NCBI GenBank assembly: GCA_002269645.1
Contig: NIVC01002674.1
Coordinates: 86,395 to 150,394 of the forward strand
Direction of reading: 5' to 3'
From: Macrostomum lignano
Lineage: Eukaryota
Length of the DNA stretch: 64,000 nucleotides
The notes below the pieces were generated by a model, which worked only from the letters and a program-made list of their open reading frames with translations, made no database searches and was not told where the DNA came from. Numbering within the stretch: position 1 is the first letter of the stretch; every line of letters starts with the position of its first letter. Shown piece after piece: positions 35,201 through 46,825 of the stretch. The translations under genes and the position numbers were made by a program.

Positions 35201-36621
35201 AAATATGGTCATACTACTGATTTGCAAGTAGCTTATTAGCATCATTTCTAAGGACAGCGGCGCAGAAACTAACAAAAAATATGGTCATACTACTGACTTG
35301 CAAGTAGCTTATTAGCGTTTTTTCTAAGGACAGCGGCACAAAAAGTAACCAAAATTATTGTCACACTACTGATTTTTAAGTAGCTTATTAGTATCTTTTT
35401 AAGGACAGTGGCACAGAAACTAACCAAAAAATATATGTTGTTAAGCATCATTACCGAAGACAGCGACAGAGAAACTAACTAAAAATACGGTCAATACTAC
35501 TGAGTTATAAGTAGCTTATCAGCATCTGCGCTGGTGTAATAACCAGCAGTAAAAAGCCGAAAAATACATGTAAATGTGCACATACTACTGTTTAGTAAGT
35601 AGCTCAACAGAATATTAGCTACAATAATGATGATGAGTGAAATAAGCAATAAAACCGGATGCTCACCTGGTGCAAGCAGTTGTACCTAAACCGAGGCATC
35701 AGCAGAGTAGGCGCATCGCAATCTGTCACCAAATGCTTTGGATTATTCCAGACCAGAGCTGAGACTGTACTCAAATCGCCAGAGATGATTGCGGCCTTCA
35801 ACTGATTGAGCTGCACTTGGGTGACACTTTTGAAGCTGTCCGTATCTTGGACAGCCGTGGCCAAACGGTCAGTTGAACCTCCCGGTTGCTGGGCACCGCC
35901 AGCCTTCGCTGGTCGCTTCGGTGTCAGCTGCTCAACTGTACTGCTGGCGAACTGCTTGGCCTCCGGATAAGAATTGAACACCTGGATAAATTTGTCGTTG
36001 TTGCCGCTTTCAGGTTAGTTATTTGCTGCTTATCAATCTGATACCCTTCTTTCAGCTATTCAGTGAGCCACTGCCACCCTCCCCTCAACCACTCAGTGAG
36101 CCACTACCACCCTCCACTCAGTGAGCCACTACCACCCTCCCCTCAGCCACTCAGTGAGCCACTACCACCCTCCCCTCAACCATTCAGTGAGCCACTACCA
36201 CCCTCCACTCAACCACTCAGTGAGCCACTACCACCCTCACCTCAGCCATTCAGTGAGCCACTGCTACCCTTACCTCAGCCATTCAGTGAGCCACTGCTAG
36301 TCTACAATATGAAACTCCTTAAAAGTAGATATATAAAACTTCCATATAAAGATAACTCACCTTATAGCGGGCATTCCTATGCTCTTTAAGCTTGGCCAGA
36401 GCCTCTCCACTGCTTGGAAATAGCAGCAGACGTTCGCGCCAAGCTTCAGAGCCAGAAGCAGCAACACACGGTGTGGCAACAGCATTCGATGCAGCACCAG
36501 CTGATGGAGTGGCTGGCAGACAGATAGCATAAATTCTGTCGAGACTGGCAAACTGGATGGCTTCAGGATCCTCAGGACAATCAAAGAATTGGTCTTCTTC
36601 ATTTTCACTGTTCTCACTCAT
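32284..36621 (-). CDS. ANKLE2: ANKLE2/LEM4-like ankyrin-repeat protein (~840 aa), 3 exons: 36621-36361, 35981-35667, 34230-32284
   Basis: All junctions are phase 0 GT-AG. Motifs follow ANKLE2: EAL..LK...RYKVFNSY.EA..FA (Caulimovirus-VI-like), LVWNNPKHLV..D.PT....RYNCLHQAA..NQ, DLYLN...GETPLHIAAK ankyrins, RAYAGP, KGYE..GR.L...W.E.WDF..DLATDEGL..L. Stop TAA at 32284-32286. Confidence 0.88.
34303..35560. repeat. 76-bp satellite (~16 copies) with a 152-bp dimeric higher-order structure
   Basis: Two monomer types alternate; ANKLE2 intron 2. Confidence 0.95.
36060..36300. repeat. 33-bp minisatellite (~7 copies) in ANKLE2 intron 1
   Basis: CAGTGAGCCACTACCACCCTCCCCTCAACCACT units. Confidence 0.9.
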
Positions 36622-36855
36622 GGCTTCCTGTGTTTGCTACAATTAATTAATAACTAACAGCTCAACTTTACTATGCCTTGAAGCTGTGGGTCAGCTAGGC
36701 ACCTTAGCTGAATAATGTAATTTCGTCTCTGAAAAATATGGTTTAGCAAATTATGATAAGATAGTAGTAGAATTAAAATTAGTACAATTTTAAATGCAAC
36801 ATAAACATTTTATTAAATCATTTTAACTATTATTTAAATCAAATTTCTAGCCATA

Positions 36856-37145
36856 CATGCGCAACAGTCGGCCGAGTCGGCCGATCCGGCCGACCGATTT
36901 GGCGGCCAATCAAGGAAGTCACAAAAATGCCCACCCAAAAAATAACCCAAGTAGTAGTACTAAGTAGCTGACGAGGCATTTTTGCTTAATAAAACAGTCA
37001 TAGTTACTCCTGCCGTTTACCCAAAGTTGCGTTAATTTTGCTATTGGGTTTTTTTATATGTAAGTCGCATTTTTGGCCAAAAACTACGTCGCATTTTTGT
37101 TAAAACTAAGTCGCACGGCTGACCGAATTTTGGAGGTTGCACATG
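36856..37145. mobile_element. MITE, CATGCGCAAC-TIR family, copy 1
   Basis: TA|CATGCGCAAC...GTTGCACATG|TA; internal similarity to 40024-40291. Confidence 0.7.
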
Positions 37146-37879
37146 TATGTTTCTAGCATTCTAACAAATAGTACAAGTTAGTAACTAACTACTATATATT
37201 ATAACTGATTTTGAAAGTTCTAAACCAGGGAAGCCTCGACCATAGAGGCTTCCCTGTCTAAACTTATATCTAAGTACATAGACAGTTTCTCTCTCTTTAA
37301 AACTTAAGAGTTCTTTGATCTTAACATATATTGTGTAAATAACACAGCTACTTGACAAGAATTGCAAAAATTGAAATTGAATTTTTATTCATCACTAATT
37401 GCCAGTGGCACATCCAGGGGGGGGGGGGCAAGGCCGGCCTAGGCTCCCATTAGGCCACCAGCCCCCTTGTGCCCCCCCCCCTACTTTCAGTTTTTTACTT
37501 TGGATTTTCCAAAAAATATTTTTAAAAACCTTTTTTCTCTTTACAATTTTAATTTTAGAAAGAATAGTTCCTATACAAGCACAAACAGTTGAAACCCACG
37601 GATTTTGAACCCAGGGAATTCCAATCCCTGGAATTATTTTTGCACATATTCTAAAATTTGAAGTCATACTCAAACAAAACCTTGTTAATAGTTAGGATGG
37701 AGATGAACATAAAATGGAGTAAATTTGTGTAAAATATTGAGGAAAGCATTGGTCTTGTTGGCTGGGGTGCTACGCAGAACGTCAGGAAATGTCTTTCGAA
37801 AACATATTGGCAAACTCTGGCCTTTGTCTCTGCCTCTCTCTATGTCCATCAGATCCTTTGAAACTTCTGTCTTCTCTTC

Positions 37880-38930
37880 TCTTTCTCTTATGTCTTCTCT
37901 TCCCTTTACCTCAGTCCTCAATTTGCTTCTCCTTTTTTTCTCATCTCTCTTTTTTATTCTTTTATCTCTGCTTTTTGATTTATTTTCATTTCTCTGCTCT
38001 CTCCTCTCTCCCCTCTTTTCACTCCTCACTCTCCCCTCTTCTCACTCCTCACTCTCCCTCTTCTCACTCCTCACTCTCTCCTCTTCTCACTCCTCACTCT
38101 CCCTTCTTCTCACTCCTCACTCTCCCCTCGTCTCACTCCTCACTCTCCCCTCTCTCGAAACTTCCCTCCTCTTCTTTCTACTTCTTTGCTCTCATTTCTC
38201 ATCTCTTTTAGCATCTGTATTCTTTCTCCTCTCTTGTCTCAATCTTCTCTCCTATCTATTTCCTGTCTTATCTTCTCTCTCTCTTATCTCTAATCTGTAC
38301 TCTCCTTTTTAATATCTCTCCTTTTCTCTCAACTCTTCTTTCTACTTTCTTTCCTCTACTCTCTCAGCTTTCCTCTTTATTCTCTCCTCCCTCTTTTATC
38401 TCTCACCTCTCATCTCTCTGCTCTCCTATCTTTTTTTTGCTTTCTACTCTCTCCTTTCTCCATTATTCTCTTTCCTCTCTCCTTTTTCTCTTTCCTTCTC
38501 CCCCTGTTCTTTTGATTATCCTCCCTCTTAGCTCCTCTCTCCTCACTTCACTTTTCTCTCTCATTGTCTCTCCTCTTTGCTCTTATATATTTTTCTTGCA
38601 TCTCTTCTTATCTCTATAATCTCTTCTTTCTTCTTTGTTCTAGCTCTACTCTCACATCTCTTGTCTCTACTCTTTCATGTCTCCTTTTTCCCTTTTCATC
38701 TTTCCTCTTTTCTTTCTGCTTGCTCATCTCCACCTTATAATCTCTCCTTTATCTACTCTTATCTCTTTACTCTTCCATCTTTACTTTTTTCTATCTCTTC
38801 TTTACCTTTTCTTATCTATTCTCTCCTCTCTTATCTTATCTCTCTCTTCTCACCTCTACTCTCTCCTCTCATTTCTCTCTCTTCATAATCTTTTTCTTTC
38901 TTTCCCCTCTTTTCTTACTTCTCTCCTCTC
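37880..38930. repeat. CT-rich low-complexity tract
   Basis: About 1 kb of almost pure pyrimidine on the + strand. Confidence 0.9.
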
Positions 38931-40023
38931 ATAGTAAAAATATGTGTGAACCAATGGAAATTCTAAAAGTTTTCTTAGGCCAAAAACATTTAGAATATTA
39001 GTTAAATCAACTTAGCTATTGTATTCATTATAAGTTGCAAGGTATATTTGGATATCATTTTTACTTTTCAATAAAAATTTGCTTAAATTACAATAATTCA
39101 AAACTCAATTAGAGATATTGGTGCTACCCTTTCAGTTTTTACTAGGCCTCAACTACACAACTAGGCCTTCCTATCTTGAAACTTCTAGACACACCCTTGC
39201 TAATTGTACCACAGAGCTGATATATAGGCATATTGTGTAGCTGTTGGCAGTTGGCATACAAAAGACCAAAATATCATACTGCAAAACAGGGTCTTTTATT
39301 GTTGCAATGCAAAAAAGGTCCTATATTGTTGCAATACTTTTATGATAATATACAGTATATATAAAATATATATTATGAATAAATTTGTTTTTCTAATACA
39401 AACTTTAAGTTACAATGTCAAGGGATCACTGTTTTTTACATATTGTATAATCTTTAAGAGTAGGTATGGCCCTATGTGAATGTGACTTGTTGACTTGGCA
39501 GAGTTCTAGTTTACTTCATTATATTATTTTGCCCTTTGTTAAATTATTTTACCCCATTTTTCTGCTTCGCAATTATAAGCCACTTCATGGTGGTGAAGTC
39601 ATCCCGACTGGCTTCCACTATCTTGCGAATTCTGAAGTTTCTTTTAGTATAGTTTAAAAGCTCGGTGCAGCTGGGCAACTGGCCATAATAGCTGAAAGTG
39701 TTGTGGTAAGAGTACAGATGCAAGAAAATACATGAAATTAATATAACGAAGTAAAGTAGAATTACGAAATAATATAACAAAGTAAACTAGGACTATGCTA
39801 TTGACTTTTTACTTGTTGCTTTTAACTTTTTTGAAGTTTTGTTTTTAACAATTAATGTTTTAAACACTCCAGAAAAATAATTTTAAGACATGGGAAACCA
39901 AAGTTAAACCTATCTATCATTCATAGGCCCCTGCCTATATACCATATTTTTTATAGGCCTATACTATTTGATAGGATAGAGGCCTAGTGCTTGGTATAAA
40001 GTATAATATAATATATAAACATA

Positions 40024-40291
40024 CATGCGCAACTGCTGGCCGACCTGGCCGATCTGGCCACCATAAATTGTGGTGGACCAGGGGCAAGTCGCAAAAATGC
40101 TCACCCCAAAGAATACAGACATAGTACTAATTAGATGACAAGGCATTTAGCCCTTATAAGACAGTCATAGTTACTCCTGCCGTTTACCCAAAATTGCGTT
40201 AATGTTGCTATAGGGTTTCTGTCACAGGTAAGTCGCATTTTTGGTCAAAAAGTAAGTCGCATGGCCAGTGTAAATCAGGGGGTTGCGCATG
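40024..40291. mobile_element. MITE, CATGCGCAAC-TIR family, copy 2
   Basis: TA|CATGCGCAAC...GTTGCGCATG|TA. Confidence 0.7.
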
Positions 40292-41190
40292 TATGATATA
40301 AATATAATTACTAATAGGCCTACTAGGCCTCTAATAGCTTGTCTTCTCACTTTATCTTTTTTCAAAATGTTTTTATAGGCCTTATTAACCCCTAGGCCTA
40401 TGAAATGACAATTTATATGGGTTTTTCCCATATTAATCGTTTCCTTCTGCCAACAGTTCAGGAAGACAACGAACAATGGACCTCGATGGTAACTTTCTCT
40501 GTGTGATCTCTAGAGTCACATTCTCAAACTTCAGGCAAGGATCTTTCCTCTTCAATCAGTATATTTTATAAGCTAGCACACTATACGCGAGCAACGAGGA
40601 ATAGGAGCAGTAGGGAGAGAGAGTGGGATTTCGAGGCCCAATAGGCAGTGTCGGTCAGAGGTTGTGCATGCATCACGCGAGGGTCGCATGGCTGGGCTTC
40701 TTGCTCGCCGATCATCAGGACTATTTTTAGGCATGCAGATCTTGTGCATCTGGGGAGTTGCTGCCAAGGCTGGATGCTTGTTCACGCATCACGCGCGTGT
40801 CGGCTGATTTCTCCCATCCTCTTGCTAACGGCGCTTTCGCTTCACTTCAGTCGCTCTTTTTTCAGGGAAGCGAGGCCCTCCGAGCTCTGTTGAAAATAAG
40901 CTTGGAGCAATGATGACATCAGGGTTTTTTTGTGCGCAGAGTGTGCGTATGCACCCTAAATTTTAAAATCGCACCCTGAAATTAAAAAAGTAGGTGCGGT
41001 TTAGGTGCGGTCTTATAACCATTTTTCTTTAAAGGCTTAACCATGCTTAAGCTATTTTTTATGCACTGCCTTAAAATATGAAACAAAATAACTCTTTAAA
41101 TCCTATTAAGTCATATAGGCGATATAGCCTATAGCTATAGCCTTATGTAAGATATTAAAATATACATTCCCAGTTGTCTGAAATGTGAGC

Positions 41191-43677
41191 AATGTGAGGG
41201 TTTCACGAGAGATATTCAGACAAAGGCTCCCTAAAACACGCCCCGCACCGGGCCCCGAACTGCTACACATTATAACATTTTTTGTCAATGCAGTATTTGA
41301 TTGCAAGGAAAAGTTAAAATAGCAATGGAATAAATATCTTTATTTATTTTTTTAAATATTTTTATTTTTATATTCTCGTTTTCATTATTTAATTATAATA
41401 TTATTATTTTATTAATATTATTATTAATATCACTTATTGTTCACCGAATTTTATATTTCAAAGTAAAAAAACTAAATTTAATAAAAACTTGAAGCTTAAC
41501 AGAAAATGCATTCTGAAGTGTCTTTAGTTATAGTCCAATTTGTTTTAATGTGTAGCGCTGCAGGGCGGTGCGGGGCGTGTTTTAGGGAGACCCATTCAGA
41601 CAGACATTCAAAATGATTGTCTGTAACTTCAAACAAAATTGACCCGCTTCAACCATCTTTTTGGCAAATACTTACGCAAGTGTTGGGCGTCGAATAAGCT
41701 TTAATTTATTAACTGAAGTAAAAATCCTTCTGACATACATTGATTTAAAAATTGCTTAGCAACACTAGCTCTGATTAGAAATCGCTTTACTGTTGACTAA
41801 AATTGTTTTGATCGTAGCAGCCTAAAAGCAGATACTGGATTTAAAAATGCTTCGATTTACTCTATACGCATGTCTCAGCTTTAAAATGACACCTCAGGTG
41901 TCGCAAAAGACAGCTTTGATGCTGAGATATTCGACACTAAACATGCATTGCTTTGCGCAATCTCACATTCAGAAATTTCACTGATTTTTTGTCGATAGTT
42001 GTGCAGTTGCCATGTCCTTGTTTTTCATCAGAATCTTGTCAAATTCTAGTCATGTCTATACGCATGTCTCAGCTTTAAAATGACACCTCAGGCATTGCAA
42101 AGGACAGCTTTGATGCTGAGATATTCGACACTAAACGTTGCTTTGCTCAAACTCACATTCGGAAACTTCACTGATTTTTATTCAATATTTGTTCAGATGC
42201 TTGTCTACTTCTCCATTTATTAACCATCGCATGGAGCCTTGCTAACGTACAAGTGTATGTAGTTACAGTAAATGGGGTTTTTGTGACTCACTTAAACTTG
42301 TTTACGCATTCTGCAGCTATTCGCCGCCTTTCATTGGAGTGATTCATGGAGTCCAGTTGATAAATTTCCACAAATTGGACTGCTTCTACGTCAGATCTCA
42401 ACATTTGGAACCGTCCTTGAACTATTTCAGAGTTAAGTGAGCTAATGGCATCAAATGGAAGGCTAGTGCTCGTACTTGTAAGCGAAGCAGGTTCACAATT
42501 GAAATGGTTGTATTCATGGCCATGGGATCTAAACTGATCTGTTTTACTTTCACAATCGCTTTGGTCTCAGAAGGAGCAGCAGTTGATGGACTGAGGTGAG
42601 AAGAAGATGTGTCACGACTTGAGCTGTTTTTAGAAAATATCTTTATCCAATTAAATATTTTCATGCGGCTCCTTAGGTTGTTCCGAATTCCGAGTCTAGA
42701 AGTCAAGACAGAAAAAAAGTTAAGAACTGCTACTGTAGTCCGTAGGGATTGGAAAGCTTAGCAGTACATTAGAAATCGCCAGTTCAATCTAAAAAGTTTG
42801 AAGTACATATAGCTATTGGGTTGCAACAACAGTAGAAAAAATTCTTCTTTTTTATTTTATTCCCACCGCTTACCTCATTCCGATTTGGATAGCAGAATTG
42901 CCACGCAAAAAAAGTAAAAACATAACAATAAACTATTTGCTTCATATTAATTGCCACTGACTGTTAATAAACGCGACGTCAATTTCTCTCAATAACAGTT
43001 GGAACATGTTTCTCGTACACTCGTATATTTATTTGAACCACAAAGCAGTGAAAAAGTCATGATTGGTTGCCATATGTACAAATGTACACTCACAGACTCA
43101 CTGACTCAGGTACAATCTATGCAATATAAAGGCAGGAATCATTAAAAATCAAATACTTAAGACAGTTTAAGAGAAGTCCAGGTTTAAACTGGACATGACT
43201 AGAATTTGACAAGTTTCTGATGAAAAACAAGGACACGGCAACTGCACAAATATCGACAAAAAATCAGTGAAATTTCTGAATGTGAGATTGCGCAAAGCAA
43301 TGCATGTTTAGTGTCGAATATCTCAGCATCAAAGCTGTCTTTTGCGACGCCTGAGGTGTCATTTTAAAGCTGAGACATGCGTATAGAGTAAATCGAAGCA
43401 TTTTTAAATCCAGTATCTGCTTTTAGGCTGCTACAATCAAAACAATTTTAGTCAACACTAAAGCGATTTCTAATCAGAGCTAGTGTTGCTAAGCAATTTT
43501 TAAATCAATGTATGTCAGAAGGATTTTTACTTCAGTTAATAAATTAAAGCTTATTCGACGCCCAACACTTGCGTAAGCACTCGCCAAAAAGACGGTTGAA
43601 GCGGGTCAATTTTGTTCAAAGCTACAGACGATCGTTTCGAATGTCTGTCTGAATATCTCTCGTGAAACCCTCACATT
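41191..43677. mobile_element. Long inverted-repeat (foldback-like) element nested in the LTR element
   Basis: 41191-41222 plus 41594-42057 is the reverse complement of ~43191-43677 at high identity; TSD not resolved. Confidence 0.65.
41223..41593. mobile_element. MITE with 9-bp TSD (Mutator/Merlin-like), inserted in the left arm of the inverted repeat
   Basis: TIR ctccctaaaacacgccccgcaccg at both ends; ATTCAGACA duplicated at 41214-41222 and 41594-41602; the right arm shows the empty site. Confidence 0.8.
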
Positions 43678-46373
43678 CTAAACAAGACTCAAGAGAAATT
43701 GCACTCTGAGCCTTAAAATCGCACCTTGAAATTTGGCACAAGGTGCGATTTCGCACCTTATCTCTGGCGAAAAAAAAAACCCAGGATGACATGGCGTACA
43801 GTTGTGCATTTGCTTGCGATACGCAGTCCCACTTGGTAACTTGCAGTTGAGTTGATGTTGTTGAAACACGAAACTTGGTCAAGGGGCAAAGTGAACTTGT
43901 GGCAACAGTGGATGAATTGTACCAGCATATCCTCTTGACTATTTAATCAGATCTGAGAGGGGGATTCACGTGAACTTGGAAACTCGACAAATTGAATGGG
44001 CTTTTCGATGCCCTAAACAGTGACGCAAATAGGACTGGACACAGAGACTCGACAAATTGAAACAGCGTCTGGTAGACAGTCAGATTGGGATGCTGGCTGA
44101 AGGTACATTGCAGTTAAATAGGACGTCGAAAAATACCGTCTTGACCAAATTGATTGTGTAGATCTCTCAACGAAAGTTTCTTCTTGGAAGGTTAAACTGC
44201 GTCGCTTCTTGATCTTCCCCCATTGGTCTTATCTAGTTTGAAGTTTTCCTTTACTGAAGGCAGGAAAGTCTCAGTTCTTGATTCACTCGGATGGCTGTTG
44301 AAGACATGCAGCAGAGCGATAACTGTGCACGGTGTGTCTGAGACTTCTGTCTAGCGGTGACTCACGCGGTCAGTGAAACCAATTGAAATGACAATTTATA
44401 TGGGTTTTTCCCATATTATTCGTTTCCTTCTGCCAACAGTTCAGGAAGACAACGAACAATGGACCTCGATGGTAACTTTCTCTGTGTGATCTCTAGAGTC
44501 ACATTCTCAAACTTCAGGCGAGGATCTTTCCTCTTCAATCAGTATATTTTATAAGCTAGCACACTGTACGCGAGCAACGAGGAATAGGAGCAGTAGGGAG
44601 AGAGAGTGGGATTTCGAGGCCCAATAGGCAGTGTTGGTCAGAGGTTGTGCATGCATCACGCGAGGGTCGCATGGCTGGGCTTCTTGCTTGCCGATCATCA
44701 GGACTATTTTTAGGCATGCAGATCTTGTGCATCTGGGGAGTTGCTGCCAAGGCTGGATGCTTGTTCACGCATCACGCGCGTGTCGGCTGATTTCTCCCAT
44801 CCTCTTGCTAACGGCGCTTTCACTTCACTTCACCTAGCTGCCTAGCCATAGTCCGGAAGAGGGGTGGTACGCCGGATTAATCTGGCGTATTAATTGGGAT
44901 TGATCTGGGGTACATGGGGTACAGGGATTGATCCGGTGTACACTCACGACTTTTGGTGTACACTTGGTATACAATTTTTTACTTTTTGAAATCTGGCATA
45001 CTATCTGGCATATAAAAATGCACATTCAAAAAGTAGTGTACATGTTCCTGCAGTTGCGGAATCAAATCAAATAGTCTAAGAAAATAGTGTGCATGCAGCT
45101 AATAGAATCACACGGAAGAGTTCGTGAAAAGTATTAAAAAAAATAAAAAACTATGATTTTATTTTTAAGCAATTTCAAGTTTCCAGGTTTTTAAAGCTCG
45201 TAATAAAAAATTTAAACAAATCTTTGCATGTATTAGGTTTCCACTATAAATAATATCAGCAAAAAAGCAAAAGTATTAACCAAATTATCAGCAAAAAAAT
45301 GTTATTTTATGCAATTTAAAAACAAAATAATTCATTGTTGTAAAATTTGGCGTACACTGTCACTGGTGTACCAAAAATATTGTGAGAGATTTTAGTCTGG
45401 CATACATTCAGGGTGTTTGGAACTATGGCTGCCTAGGCCTAGCAATTTGCATTTCAAAAAATAGGCCTACAAAGACAGAATTGTATATGCACTCCAAAAT
45501 TTTCCCTAAAAAGTCATTTAACTTACATAAGAATTAGCCATTAGGCCTACTAAAGGTCATTTAAATTGATTAGGCCTACTTAACTTAATAATTAATACCT
45601 CTTACCCTTAAGTAAAGTAAGTAACTACATAATTTCGTGCACAAAAAAATTGATGCCTATTATTATTTTAACAAATATTTTCTAACAATAATTTTACAAA
45701 AAAAGAAAGTTTCCACTTTCCACCCTCCATACCTTGAGCTGGGCTGGTCGCTGGATACCCCAAAAAATTGCATACACCCCGATCCCACCTTCCTGACTGA
45801 AGTTCCTGAGTATGGACCTGTTACAACTTTTGGTGTCAGCAGTGGCCAGTGGGTATAGGATTTTTTAAAAACTGCAGGCAAAGTGCTATTAGTATACAAC
45901 CTACAGGCTAAACGTAGATCACGGCTAGTCGTCAGCTTTAGGAGTGAGAACGGCGGATTTGGAATGTATAAAGTGGAATTGAAATGAATCGAGGCTCGAC
46001 CATGGATCTTTTGCAGCGTTCAAATCGGTGCTGAATTTCCGGCAGTCAAAATCAATTCAAACAAATTTAGAAGTGCAATAGGATTTCGATGGGTAGCTGT
46101 GGTCGTGACTGAAAGATTAAAGATGATGCCAAGCAGACAGGATTGCTTGTGAGCCGCTACAGAGAATTTAGTAATATGTAATAGATTCTTTAGAATATAT
46201 AATATTACTACTTTTGTGGGTCGTGCCACAACTCTTAGGTCTATTAGGTCTATTAGGTCACAATACGAGACTGAATTAGCGAGAATTAGCCAGAGAACTC
46301 TTCTTAATTTCGATCGCTAAGGATCCGATACAAGGCCACTACTACATGTATGCTACTTTTTAGTCGTCCTGAT

Positions 46374-46751
46374 CAGGCGCTTTCGCCACCGCGGGGGGGG
46401 ACATGTCCCCCCAGTAAAAGCTATGGGGGGACATTCTAATGCTTTGTCCCCTCACTCCACCTTTTGACTCGCTGTGGTAATCAAAAATTTTTATTCAGGG
46501 CGCCAAAAATAGCGCCTTCGGCGCCAAAAGGAGTGACTGTGGCGCCAAAAAGATCGTGGCTGCGGTGCTTAAAGGAATGCCTATGGCGCCACAATGAGTG
46601 CCTGCGGCGTTAAAGTGAATACCTGCAGTGCCAAAATGAGCGCTGACAACACGATTCTCAAAATAATGGAAATGTAGGAATTTAGTCATGTGCATGTTGA
46701 TCGATTCTTGGCTTTAAGTCCCCCCCCATAAAATCAATGGCGACGCCCCTG
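46374..46751. mobile_element. hAT-like MITE (CAGG...CCTG ends)
   Basis: CAGGCGCTTTCGCCA versus TGGCGACGCCCCTG, internal GGCGCC(A) repeats; no clear 8-bp TSD. Confidence 0.4.
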
Positions 46752-46825
46752 TCGATAATACATTCCGCGTCCCAATGTCATGGAATTCATTTGGCGCATT
46801 TCTTTTAACAGCGCTTAATGGAAAC

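Larger units (their letters stand above)
40401..44832 (-). mobile_element. Non-autonomous LTR element with 449-bp LTRs (40401-40849, 44384-44832)
   Basis: Direct repeats with ~6 differences by eye, TGAAATGA...TCACTTCA ends, 4-bp TSD CCTA on both flanks. On the minus strand a PBS-like TGGTTTCAC starts 2 nt after the 5' LTR and a purine tract GAAAAAAGAG precedes the 3' LTR. No gag/pol recognised. Confidence 0.7.

Noticed and set aside
42290-42700. Possible transposase or captured exon in the inverted-repeat core
   Set aside because: Only short open frames requiring a frameshift; no recognisable motif.
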